Source of the DNA: a virus | Lineage: Duplodnaviria; Heunggongvirae; Uroviricota; Caudoviricetes | Virus record (IMG/VR): IMGVR_UViG_3300029234_000244 | Length of the DNA stretch: 17,679 nucleotides | Direction: 5' to 3' (one strand) | Part shown: in pieces, positions 8,121 to 15,763 of the stretch | Layout of the letters: each line of letters begins with the position of its first letter | Position numbering within the stretch: position 1 is the first letter of the stretch | Made by a program: the position numbers and the translations under genes | The notes under the pieces: model-generated | Database searches by the model: none | The model's input: only the letters and a program-made list of their open reading frames with translations | What the model was told of the DNA's origin: nothing

Positions 8121-8440
8121 CGTTCTGTGTGTCAGGTTTTGACAGGTTTTTTATGGACTCTAAAAACTATATTTATGGTGTCGCATTACTCTTCACGGCA
8201 GGCGCTTTTCAGTTCTGCCCTTGCTTCTGGCTCCATTGGTAATTTGATTCGCGATCAGCTATGCGGATGGTTTGCTGAACAGGCATAACAACTTCTCAGG
8301 GGCTGTTTTCTGAACTACGAAAATTTCGTAGTGCTCACTTTCAAAAACGTCACGCCCTTGTACACAGGATTTTACGAAAGTCTCGTAAAACACTCTCTGA
8401 TGCCAGCCAGGTGTTGAGCGCATCAATTCAGTCACATTGT

Positions 8441-8551
8441 GTTGGTTCAAAATACCGTGTTGTTGGTTCAGTGTTGGTTCAATAAAAAGAATAAAATCCT
8501 TACAAAACAATACTCTTTGCAAATTGAACCAACTGAACCAACTGAACCAAC
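8441..8551. repeat. Iteron cluster 2 (ori-like): 3 GTTGGTTCA at 21/11-bp spacing, AT-rich spacer, then 3 tandem TGAACCAAC
   Basis: GTTGGTTCA at 8441-8449, 8462-8470, 8473-8481. TGAACCAAC at 8525-8533, 8534-8542, 8543-8551. Located 25 bp after the primase stop. Inverted relative to cluster 1. Confidence 0.65.
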
Positions 8552-8576
8552 ACCTTTTCTACGCACATGAAGAAGC

Positions 8577-11333
8577 TCATTCTTCAGATGAGTTATAATC
8601 TCCTGGCTGGTAATTGAGTACATAAACGTTTATTTGTCGTCCCTGAATACGTGGTGATTTTCTTTGGTATCCACGACCGCTGTTTGGTGGGGTTAGCATC
8701 CCGGCTTTTTTCAACACTTCAGCAAACTGTTTTGCGTTGAAACCACATGCGATCTCCTTTTCAAATGTGGCCGGGAATGTGTAGAAAATCATTGGGCTTT
8801 CGTCATGTTCTCCACGCTGACGGTATCCGGCTAAATCTTTGATGGGCAAATCTGCCGGGCTGTATGGAAATGGTGCAAAACGGCTAAGCCCATAGGCATT
8901 AAGAAATGCCTCCGTTTGTTCAATAATCTGCTGATGTTCTTTGTTACCTGTGCCGAACTCGCGCAACCATGCGTTATAGCTGTGCTGTATCGCATCACGG
9001 CATGTCTGAGCATCCCAGCCTGTTACAACTTCGCCTAACAGCAATGCTGCCTCCAGAATGGCAAATCGCGCGGCTACACGGTGAACCTGCTCACCATAAT
9101 CGGATGGGATCAGGCTTCTCCATCTGCTTTCGCAATCACGAACAGTTTTAATAGCCTGTTGCTGGTGGTCTGCCAGCCATTTAATCCACTCACGCCCGGC
9201 TGCGCCGTGGTGATGCTGGTAAGCGTCTTTCAGTGCGTCTGCGTGCTGTTTTCCGTTCTGGTAATCGTGAAAGCGTACTGCTTTACTCAACGGAATATTC
9301 AGCAGTCGCACCAGTTGCCCGGCTTTGGTTTTTCGCCCGGAAGTAGCGATAAATGTTTCTAAATCCATTTCTCCGGTGCTGATTGCCACTGTACGCCAGC
9401 GTTTTAGATCCCGGTTTCCACCATCTTTAGCGCCTTGCAGTTTCCCTACACCGTTAAATAACGCATAGGCAGACTGTGAAACGCTGACAGGATCAGCGCC
9501 CTGACCAACTTCATCAAGCGGCATTAATCCGTCATTGTGGGCGGCGGCCTCATTTGCCAGCCCCAGCGCGGTTCCGTACCACGTCAGCCGCAGTAAATCA
9601 GGGTTGCCGTATAAGCTGCTCGCCACGTTTGCCGTGGTGGTCTTACCCGCGCTCGACTGCTCATAGAAATGAATGCCGAACCCGTCAGCGCCCACCAGCC
9701 CAATCAATGGCGCTGCCAGTGCTGCGCCGATCCCGGTCATCATTGAATAGTTACCAAAGGCCAGACGCGCCACGTTATCACGCCAGCTTTTCGCGCTCCC
9801 TGAGACGGTATATCCGGCTGCGGCTGAGCTTCTCCCGCTGAACAGCACAGGATTTTCAGGTGTTCCGATGATTTCCCCATCAGGCATGATGTACGCTCCG
9901 CATTGCCAGCCAGTGGCATGAGCAACACGCCACAATTCACGAGAGCCACTGCGTTGTAGCCAGTCTGCCAGTATTGCTCTGAGGCTGCTTTTGGTCGTGA
10001 CATTTACCCCACCAGCTTTAAGTGTGCGCCATCCTTCACGTTCACCAATATCAGCCAGTGGAATGGCAGCGGTTGTCGGCGTTTCAGAACCAAACGACAG
10101 CCAGCGAAGAATGAGATACTGGTCTTTATCGTCTCTGCCAGTACCGATAACGCTTAACGGAGAACATAACCAGCTTTCGTTATTGATGATTTCTCCACTC
10201 TGGCTGTCAGCTCTCGGAGATACCCAATAAATACCATCCTCGCGGCTTTCTATTCTTGGTTTCAGTGGGTCGGTATCCATAACCTTAAAATCGCTTCCCT
10301 CAATGGTCTGTGGCTCCTGTTTCACGCCATTACCCTGTGGTTGGTACATTGACTTATTGAACGCTTCTGTGGCGCATTTAATGCCGTGTTTTTGGTGGTA
10401 ATCATTCCAGTCTGCTTTGTGATCTGTCGGGGGTAATGCCACCCATCCAGAAACAGATAAAGCTGCTTTTTCTGCTGCTATTCTCCCCGTGTTTTGTCTT
10501 CCTTCGCTGTGGTCGTTATCCGCAGCAATGATGATTTGTGCTGAAGGAAATTTATCCCGCAGTACCTGGGCGACATATAACAGGTTCCCGGCATCAATCG
10601 CCGCCACTGTCAGCGCCTCTGGACGAATTAAATGGGCAGATAATGCCGTTGCCAGCCCTTCTGCGATTAAGATGCTCTGTGTTGTTTCTGGTGCGTTTAT
10701 GGCGTGATATGCCCCTCGCTTTGCTGAACCTGTCAGGAGTCTTTTTTCACCATGTGAGGTAATAGTCTGTGCTGCTGTGACTGCGCCGGATTTATCCACC
10801 AGCGCCAGCAACAGAGATCCATCGGGCAACACGGGGAATGTAAAATCACCTACCCCTTTCGCAACCAGATAATCAGATTTGCCGTTTACAGCCTTTCTGC
10901 GCATGTCATCAAACTGACGGGAAAACGTATCCCGTCTTTGTTGTTCGTCCTTCTCTGCCCTTTTCAGGCGCTCCTGTTCGCGTCGCTGGCGCTCGGTTTC
11001 CAGTTGTTCCCGTTTCTGGCTGGTGGCTTCTGGTGTTTCCGTTGTCCGGTAATCAATACCCAGAACATCAGCGGCAAGAAGCGCCGCCTCTGTTGTGTCG
11101 CAGTTATTTACGCGTTTAATTAAATCCAGCCCATCACCAGCGCCGCACTGATTACAGATGAAGCTACCGCGCCCGTTGTCATCGAACCGGAATCGATCTT
11201 TGCCCCCACATGCAGGGCAGGGAGCATGACGGCGCGGAGAGTCAGGGACATTTATGTTCAGGCAGCCCAGCACATGAGGCCAGTTGTTTTCAGACGCACT
11301 GATAACCTGACGGATAAGATCAATGTTTCGCAT
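8577..11333 (-). CDS. P4 alpha-like primase-helicase (zinc-ribbon + TOPRIM primase, C-terminal P-loop/origin-binding region)
   Basis: 918-aa ORF. N-terminal zinc ribbon CPACGG...FICNQCG. TOPRIM motifs LIAEGLATALS (conserved Glu) and IIIAADNDHSEG (DxD). P-loop-like SSAGKTT. Shine-Dalgarno GGGGG before the ATG at 11333. Confidence 0.9.
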   Translation of the reverse strand: MRNIDLIRQVISASENNWPHVLGCLNINVPDSPRRHAPCPACGGKDRFRFDDNGRGSFICNQCGAGDGLDLIKRVNNCDTTEAALLAADVLGIDYRTTETPEATSQKREQLETERQRREQERLKRAEKDEQQRRDTFSRQFDDMRRKAVNGKSDYLVAKGVGDFTFPVLPDGSLLLALVDKSGAVTAAQTITSHGEKRLLTGSAKRGAYHAINAPETTQSILIAEGLATALSAHLIRPEALTVAAIDAGNLLYVAQVLRDKFPSAQIIIAADNDHSEGRQNTGRIAAEKAALSVSGWVALPPTDHKADWNDYHQKHGIKCATEAFNKSMYQPQGNGVKQEPQTIEGSDFKVMDTDPLKPRIESREDGIYWVSPRADSQSGEIINNESWLCSPLSVIGTGRDDKDQYLILRWLSFGSETPTTAAIPLADIGEREGWRTLKAGGVNVTTKSSLRAILADWLQRSGSRELWRVAHATGWQCGAYIMPDGEIIGTPENPVLFSGRSSAAAGYTVSGSAKSWRDNVARLAFGNYSMMTGIGAALAAPLIGLVGADGFGIHFYEQSSAGKTTTANVASSLYGNPDLLRLTWYGTALGLANEAAAHNDGLMPLDEVGQGADPVSVSQSAYALFNGVGKLQGAKDGGNRDLKRWRTVAISTGEMDLETFIATSGRKTKAGQLVRLLNIPLSKAVRFHDYQNGKQHADALKDAYQHHHGAAGREWIKWLADHQQQAIKTVRDCESRWRSLIPSDYGEQVHRVAARFAILEAALLLGEVVTGWDAQTCRDAIQHSYNAWLREFGTGNKEHQQIIEQTEAFLNAYGLSRFAPFPYSPADLPIKDLAGYRQRGEHDESPMIFYTFPATFEKEIACGFNAKQFAEVLKKAGMLTPPNSGRGYQRKSPRIQGRQINVYVLNYQPGDYNSSEE

Positions 11334-11345
11334 TCTGGCCCCCGT

Positions 11346-11948
11346 TTAGTGCGTCACTGGTGCTTCTGGGATGCCGTTTTCGTTTAGTTCGGCAATAAAG
11401 CTGTTGTGAAGATCGGCAAGCACTTCTCGCCCAAACGAAGTGAGTGTTCCCTGTTCGACATCGAACATGTTGCTGTAAAAAATGATGGCATTCTTTGTTC
11501 CGACATCAACACCATATTTCTCGATCATTGCGCCCTCAATGTTGTTTGCCATAGCGAGGCGCTCTGCTACTGGATACAGCGGCATGGCGACGATGCCATT
11601 GGAATAAACAGAAACCACGGAATGATTGCCACTGTCATCAATAATGCTGACGGTGCCGTTTTCCTTTCTCATTTCATTGATGAATGCTGTTGCTATCAGC
11701 CAGCGCCACATAATCACGTGATGCTGTGATGTGTAATCGAAATATCCCTGGTTGCCGCCACTGGCAATAGCGAGATGTATAAACATGCCTTCATCTGGTT
11801 TATCGTCATAATCCCCGGCATCCAGACGATTTACGGCATCAATATATGAGACGGTCTCAACGCGTTCTGTCATGCCATCGTTGCTGCGGTACATGATGTT
11901 TACGCCGTCAGGCGTTGCTTCTGCATGGAAAGTTAAGAAATTATTCAT
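11346..11948 (-). CDS. Hypothetical 200-aa protein
   Basis: In-frame ATG at 11948 (MNNFLTFHAEATPDG...) overlaps the upstream stop as ATGAATAA. The ORF track start at 12053 would overlap the upstream gene, so I reject it. Stop is 12 nt before the primase ATG. No recognisable motif. Confidence 0.65.
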   Translation of the reverse strand: MNNFLTFHAEATPDGVNIMYRSNDGMTERVETVSYIDAVNRLDAGDYDDKPDEGMFIHLAIASGGNQGYFDYTSQHHVIMWRWLIATAFINEMRKENGTVSIIDDSGNHSVVSVYSNGIVAMPLYPVAERLAMANNIEGAMIEKYGVDVGTKNAIIFYSNMFDVEQGTLTSFGREVLADLHNSFIAELNENGIPEAPVTH

Positions 11949-12162
11949 GTTTCGCCTCGCCTGAATGATTCTGTAACTCATATTTGCCCAACAATTCGTC
12001 CGCTTCCTGAATAGCTTCTGGTACGCCATTGAGCAGTGACATAACCGCGCCAATCATTAACTTGTCTCTGTTGCTGGGGCTGGCCCCTTCAAGCCAGAAC
12101 CCTAAAACAGTCTGAACCTGTTCGATGCGACATTGCGCTTCAATGAGCTGGATGTTGGTCAT
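11941..12162 (-). CDS. Hypothetical 73-aa protein
   Basis: ORF whose ATG overlaps the upstream stop (ATGA at 12159-12162); part of the coupled chain. Confidence 0.55.
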   Translation of the reverse strand: MTNIQLIEAQCRIEQVQTVLGFWLEGASPSNRDKLMIGAVMSLLNGVPEAIQEADELLGKYELQNHSGEAKHE

Positions 12163-12422
12163 TTCGCACTCTCCACATCGATTAAACCGATATCTATCAG
12201 GGAGGTAACTTTTTGTAGCCAGCTATTGATTACTGTCGCCTGTTCCCCTCCCACCGAGGGAACAATCTCATTCATCACATGAACCAGACCTGTGCGCGCT
12301 CTGGTAAGCCGTTCAGTCGCGCAATCTGCGGGAGTGAATGTGTCTGGATATGGCTCTTCGCGCCCCAGCAATGATTCAATTTCCAGCTCACACGGATGAC
12401 GATAAATTAAGTTGATATTCAT
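12159..12422 (-). CDS. Hypothetical 87-aa protein
   Basis: ATGA overlap with the upstream gene at 12419-12422; GGGGGTGA Shine-Dalgarno. Confidence 0.55.
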   Translation of the reverse strand: MNINLIYRHPCELEIESLLGREEPYPDTFTPADCATERLTRARTGLVHVMNEIVPSVGGEQATVINSWLQKVTSLIDIGLIDVESAK

Positions 12423-12607
12423 TTTTCACCCCCAAGAATTACCAGCTCGGCACGGGCATCGTTAACCAAAGATGAGCACGCTTTAATCGCATCCACGACA
12501 TCAGCAGTTTCTTCAGCCGAAAGACTGACAGCAACCAGGACAGCCGCTGCTTGCTCGATTAATTGAAGTGCGGACGTAAGGCGAGGGGTATTAATTGAGT
12601 TATTCAT
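12419..12607 (-). CDS. Hypothetical 62-aa protein
   Basis: Start chosen at ATG 12607 ([10 protein letters not shown]...) with GGGGG Shine-Dalgarno and ATGAATAA overlap with the upstream stop. The ORF track start at 12664 lacks a Shine-Dalgarno. Confidence 0.5.
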   Translation of the reverse strand: MNNSINTPRLTSALQLIEQAAAVLVAVSLSAEETADVVDAIKACSSLVNDARAELVILGGEK

Positions 12608-12818
12608 TGGTTGCCCCCGTTTTGCATGGCATTTGTCCACCTTCCAGCAGGAAATGAACGTCACGAACGGCGAGATCCAATATCGCGAGTAACGCCTTCA
12701 GTCTTTCGTCTCGTGAGGGAGAGTTGCTCACCAGAATGTCGTTAATCACTTCTGTCAGTGTGATGATCTGGCTTGTGCGTTCGAGGGGATCCATATGCAC
12801 ATCGTAGGTTTTAATCAT
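12600..12818 (-). CDS. Hypothetical 72-aa protein
   Basis: ATG at 12818 ([17 protein letters not shown]...) preceded by GGAGGTG Shine-Dalgarno; overlaps the Icd-like stop (ATGATTAA). Shares its frame with the C-terminus of the 342-codon ORF. Confidence 0.5.
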   Translation of the reverse strand: MIKTYDVHMDPLERTSQIITLTEVINDILVSNSPSRDERLKALLAILDLAVRDVHFLLEGGQMPCKTGATNE

Positions 12819-13628
12819 GTGCCACCTCCATGCGGATACGACCAGCAAAAAAGCAGACGTGATCGCGCACCAGAGAACGGCGAGCATCGCGTTCAGACTC
12901 GGCAGCAATATGATGAATTTTGGCGGTAATTGTCGGGCAATCGCGGCGAACTGCGGCGATAATCCAGATAAATTGAGGTTTTTGGGTAGGGGTAGTAGCC
13001 AGCATGTGGCAGCCTCCTTGATTGATGGTTTATAGCCACCGCCCAAGAGACCAATCTTGCTGGCGGTGGACTGTACGGAGTTGGCCTTACTGGCAATCAA
13101 GGAAACCAGCCTACCCGAAGGTAGCCCCATACAGCCCACCATTGATAAGGTGTGCGTGTGCGCCGATACAAAAAAAGACGCTGGCGCGTCATGTATCGCC
13201 TCGATTGTCAGCGGGAGGCCAATCCCGGCACCCGTTTTATGAGGTGCTTTATAACCATAAACCGTGTTGCCGCATAACGGCAAGCTCTTTTTTATGGACT
13301 CCGAAAACTCAGTATTGGAAGCACCAGATGCACAGTACATCGCGCTCATTTCGTTAACGTCACGCACGTGGACGAATGTTTTTGTGGAGTCACTACACGA
13401 GCGGAAGACATCATCTACGACCAGAAATTTTCTGGCGCAGCCGCTGACCTTCTCAATGCTAATATCATCGCCCGAGATTTCTGGTATGGTTAAGGCATCC
13501 GTTCCGACCACCAGCAAATGATAAACTTTGCTTGCATCTGCTGTATTAATGCCTGACTTTGCCGTCATATTGCTGGATTTTGGCGACATACCTGCCAGTG
13601 AAAATGTCTTCTTCTGGACGGTTAGCAT
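12600..13628 (-). CDS. Hypothetical protein; 342-codon ORF that is probably composite (only the first ~205 codons, about 13012-13628, are well supported)
   Basis: ATG at 13628 has GGAGG Shine-Dalgarno and is coupled to the DUF4222 stop (ATGCTAA). The frame stays open to 12600, but codons about 208-270 run out of frame across the Icd-like gene and translate to low-complexity sequence. Codons 271-342 equal the separately supported 72-aa gene. Confidence 0.4.
   Translation of the reverse strand: MLTVQKKTFSLAGMSPKSSNMTAKSGINTADASKVYHLLVVGTDALTIPEISGDDISIEKVSGCARKFLVVDDVFRSCSDSTKTFVHVRDVNEMSAMYCASGASNTEFSESIKKSLPLCGNTVYGYKAPHKTGAGIGLPLTIEAIHDAPASFFVSAHTHTLSMVGCMGLPSGRLVSLIASKANSVQSTASKIGLLGGGYKPSIKEAATCWLLPLPKNLNLSGLSPQFAAIARQLPPKFIILLPSLNAMLAVLWCAITSAFLLVVSAWRWHMIKTYDVHMDPLERTSQIITLTEVINDILVSNSPSRDERLKALLAILDLAVRDVHFLLEGGQMPCKTGATNE
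12811..13005 (-). CDS. Host cell division inhibitor Icd-like protein (64 aa)
   Basis: ATG at 13005 preceded by a strong Shine-Dalgarno AGGAGG at 7-nt spacing. Protein [21 protein letters not shown]...[16 protein letters not shown] resembles Icd-like proteins of P4-like islands, from memory. Confidence 0.5.
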   Translation of the reverse strand: MLATTPTQKPQFIWIIAAVRRDCPTITAKIHHIAAESERDARRSLVRDHVCFFAGRIRMEVAHD

Positions 13629-13804
13629 TTGTTAACCTCCGCGAACTCCTTCATGAAACGTGCCAGCGGTTGTACGCATGGCGATTGATACCCGTCGCGA
13701 TAAAACGTCACTCGGTTGTGAGACACGCTTTCGACAGTAACGAGTGCTCCGTGGGCATCTTTGTAGCGTTTTTGTGGTTGTGGTATTCCTGTTGGCTTAG
13801 ACAT
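13622..13804 (-). CDS. DUF4222-like small protein (60 aa)
   Basis: ATG at 13804 (MSKPTGIPQPQKRYKDAHGALVTVESV...RVTFYRDGYQSPCVQPLARF) overlaps the AntA stop. The pattern matches DUF4222 as I recall it. The ORF track start at 13891 would overlap AntA. Confidence 0.55.
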   Translation of the reverse strand: MSKPTGIPQPQKRYKDAHGALVTVESVSHNRVTFYRDGYQSPCVQPLARFMKEFAEVNKC

Positions 13805-14630
13805 TGAGCGCCTCCAGACGCTTGGCGAGCCAGCGTTGCGACAGGCGGGTGAGTTCTCCTTTGCGCTGCTCATATTCCATGCCCATATCAATTAACGTGA
13901 TATTGGTGCTTTCGAGATATGAGAGGTGCTCAAGCTGTTCTGCGTTCATATGGTCGCGAGGTTCGCCAGAATAGCCATTTATCCGCGCCCACTGCTTAGC
14001 AGTTAGCCCACCAAGAACGATACGAGAAATCATATTGCTCTCGTTTGTGTAGTGGTGTTGCTGCGTCGTTTTCCCCTGCTCGGCACGGGCCATGTTCAGC
14101 GCATCGCACATTGGCTTAAAGTTGTTTGCGGCACTGATACGGGCTTTTAGCTGGCGACGATAGCGGGCGGCGATTTCAGGCACGGTACGCTGTAATTCTT
14201 CCTCGCACTGGATGAAATAACGACGGATAGCGCGACCCTGATCATTGCGTTCGATCATTGCCAGTTCTTTCGCCATTCCGACACTTAACAGATAGTCTTT
14301 GCCGGGTCTGCCAGACTGCTTAATCTTGCTGTAAGCCGCGCCATTCGGGCTTTTCCCCAAATTTGGGGAAATTGTTTTATGGACTGAGTAATCGTGCCCA
14401 ATGGTGAAGTCATATTCAGAGATGCGATCAGTGATCCATGTAGAGAAGTCTTTTCCCACGCCCAACGCTTTGTGTAACGCTTTTGCGCTAACAATATTGG
14501 TTTCACGCCCACCTATATGACCAGAAATAACCGGGACAATTGCGGCAAATTCATTACCGTTAATTGTGCCCAGAGAGGCGTTCAGATGAGGGGCGGCCTC
14601 AGAAATTAATCTGCTTTTTTCGATGTTCAT
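13797..14630 (-). CDS. Phage antirepressor, AntA/AntB family
   Basis: 277-aa ORF. SAKALHKALGVGKDFSTWITDRISEYDFTIGHDY and DYLLSVGMAKELAMIERNDQGRAIRRYFIQCEE match the AntA-domain consensus pattern. GGAGA Shine-Dalgarno. Confidence 0.7.
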   Translation of the reverse strand: MNIEKSRLISEAAPHLNASLGTINGNEFAAIVPVISGHIGGRETNIVSAKALHKALGVGKDFSTWITDRISEYDFTIGHDYSVHKTISPNLGKSPNGAAYSKIKQSGRPGKDYLLSVGMAKELAMIERNDQGRAIRRYFIQCEEELQRTVPEIAARYRRQLKARISAANNFKPMCDALNMARAEQGKTTQQHHYTNESNMISRIVLGGLTAKQWARINGYSGEPRDHMNAEQLEHLSYLESTNITLIDMGMEYEQRKGELTRLSQRWLAKRLEALNV

Positions 14631-14642
14631 TTTTAGTCTCCG

Positions 14643-15074
14643 TTAGGCGGCGTTAAACGCGTCCGGGTAGAGTTTCAGAATGTCGGCAATTTCCTGCTGA
14701 GAAAGTCCGTTGTGATCATTTATGTTCGCAAGATGGTTAACATGAGTGATCACTTTCAGAACATCACCACGGCAGGAGAAACGGTAGCGAAGGTGTGTTC
14801 CGATACCATCAGGATTCTTTTCGTCGATACGCTCCAGAGTGATTCCAAGCTGGCGTTCTAACTCTGTTGCATAGTTACGACCAGAAGACAGACGGCAGTA
14901 GCGAAGAATGTCATTTTCTGTCCATCCCTCTATACCAGTACGCAGCATATAGACTCGGGCACGATGCTTTTTCGGTGTGCGCTTTGGTGCTTGAAGGGAT
15001 TTTGTAAGGGGCGTAATATCAGATACGCGAATATCTGAATTAGCCGCCTGTAATGGGCGGTTTTTCTTTTCCAT
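14643..15074 (-). CDS. Hypothetical 143-aa protein
   Basis: ORF with ATGA overlap to the alpA stop (15072-15076); basic N-terminus; no recognisable motif. Confidence 0.65.
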   Translation of the reverse strand: MEKKNRPLQAANSDIRVSDITPLTKSLQAPKRTPKKHRARVYMLRTGIEGWTENDILRYCRLSSGRNYATELERQLGITLERIDEKNPDGIGTHLRYRFSCRGDVLKVITHVNHLANINDHNGLSQQEIADILKLYPDAFNAA

Positions 15075-15292
15075 CAGGCCACCTTCCCGCGGCGTTCTGC
15101 CAGCCAGTTATTAATTTCCACCGCATCAAACGCAGTCACGTTATCTGTTAGCTTCACTGGGCGTGGAAGAGTGCCATTTTTAACCCATCTATCAATAGTA
15201 GGCAGTGAAACACCTAGCAATTCCGGCATGCGAAAGCGACGGATGTATCCAGTTGTTGGGATAGCTGATGATGCTGGCTTGTGTGCTGTCAT
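15074..15292 (-). CDS. alpA: AlpA-family phage transcriptional regulator
   Basis: 72-aa ORF. MPELLGVSLPTIDRWVKNGTLPRPVKL...AFDAVEINNWL fits the AlpA HTH pattern (HTH followed by FP.P.KL and a W-containing tail). First gene of the coupled operon. Confidence 0.8.
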   Translation of the reverse strand: MTAHKPASSAIPTTGYIRRFRMPELLGVSLPTIDRWVKNGTLPRPVKLTDNVTAFDAVEINNWLAERRGKVA

Positions 15293-15357
15293 ATCTCTAG
15301 TAACCTCTCTGATAGCTCATGAAGTTACTTAAAGTTTAGTGGTTGCCCATACAGTAT

Positions 15358-15425
15358 TTCTATTAAGACTAGAATCTATTGAAAGAAATTATAAATCTAT
15401 TGAAAAAATACCGATCCACTGAAAG
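15358..15425. repeat. Phased direct repeats (ATCTATTGAAA-like, 21-bp register) upstream of alpA
   Basis: ttctattaaga (15358-15368), atctattgaaag (15374-15385), atctattgaaaa (15395-15406), tccactgaaag (15415-15425). Confidence 0.45.
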
Positions 15426-15580
15426 ATTGCAAATGCAGGTGGGATAATTATTTTCTTTATTTTCAATTAGTTACCAGTTTAAAAAATCATTGTTTTATCA
15501 AAGAGTTATATCTTTCATCGTCATTCATCATGTTTTTACATTTCTTTTTATCTTTTATTATTCAATTGGTTGAGTCGGTT

Positions 15581-15620
15581 TATAATGGCTCATGATGGCT
15601 TAAAATGGCTAATGATAGCT
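15581..15620. repeat. Four tandem 10-bp repeats (NNNNATGGCT) at helical periodicity
   Basis: tataATGGCT / catgATGGCT / taaaATGGCT / aatgATAGCT, with ATGGCT at 15585, 15595, 15605 and ATAGCT at 15615. Confidence 0.45.
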
Positions 15621-15763
15621 GGCGTATCTTTTAGAGATGGGGTGATTACAGATGAACTAAGCCGAACAGATATAGCAATGGCTAGGCATAGAATTATCTA
15701 TGCTGGTGGAGATGGGTAAACAGGTAATGCCCCGCCATTGCTTTGGAGGGGCGTGAAAAGTGA

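Noticed and set aside
8094-8522. ORFs 8094-8288 (+) and 8259-8522 (-) between the LexA promoter and the primase
   Set aside because: They overlap the terminator hairpin and the iteron array; no Shine-Dalgarno; better explained as a structured non-coding origin region.
1547-8556. Iteron arrays as a CRISPR array, or as terminal inverted repeats of a transposon
   Set aside because: Repeats are 9 bp, tandem or 21-bp phased, with no uniform spacers and no cas genes. There is no transposase between or beside them, and one cluster sits at the 3' end of a primase-helicase gene, which fits replication iterons.
12600-13628. Treating the 342-codon ORF as one genuine protein
   Set aside because: Its middle third is out of frame relative to an internally encoded, Shine-Dalgarno-supported Icd-like gene and translates to low-complexity sequence. 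It is kept in the feature list only as a flagged composite.
15585-15719. 44-aa plus-strand ORF (MAHDGLKWLMIAGV...) starting inside the 10-bp repeats
   Set aside because: No Shine-Dalgarno; its start codons are the repeat units themselves, so the reading frame is a by-product of the repeat array.
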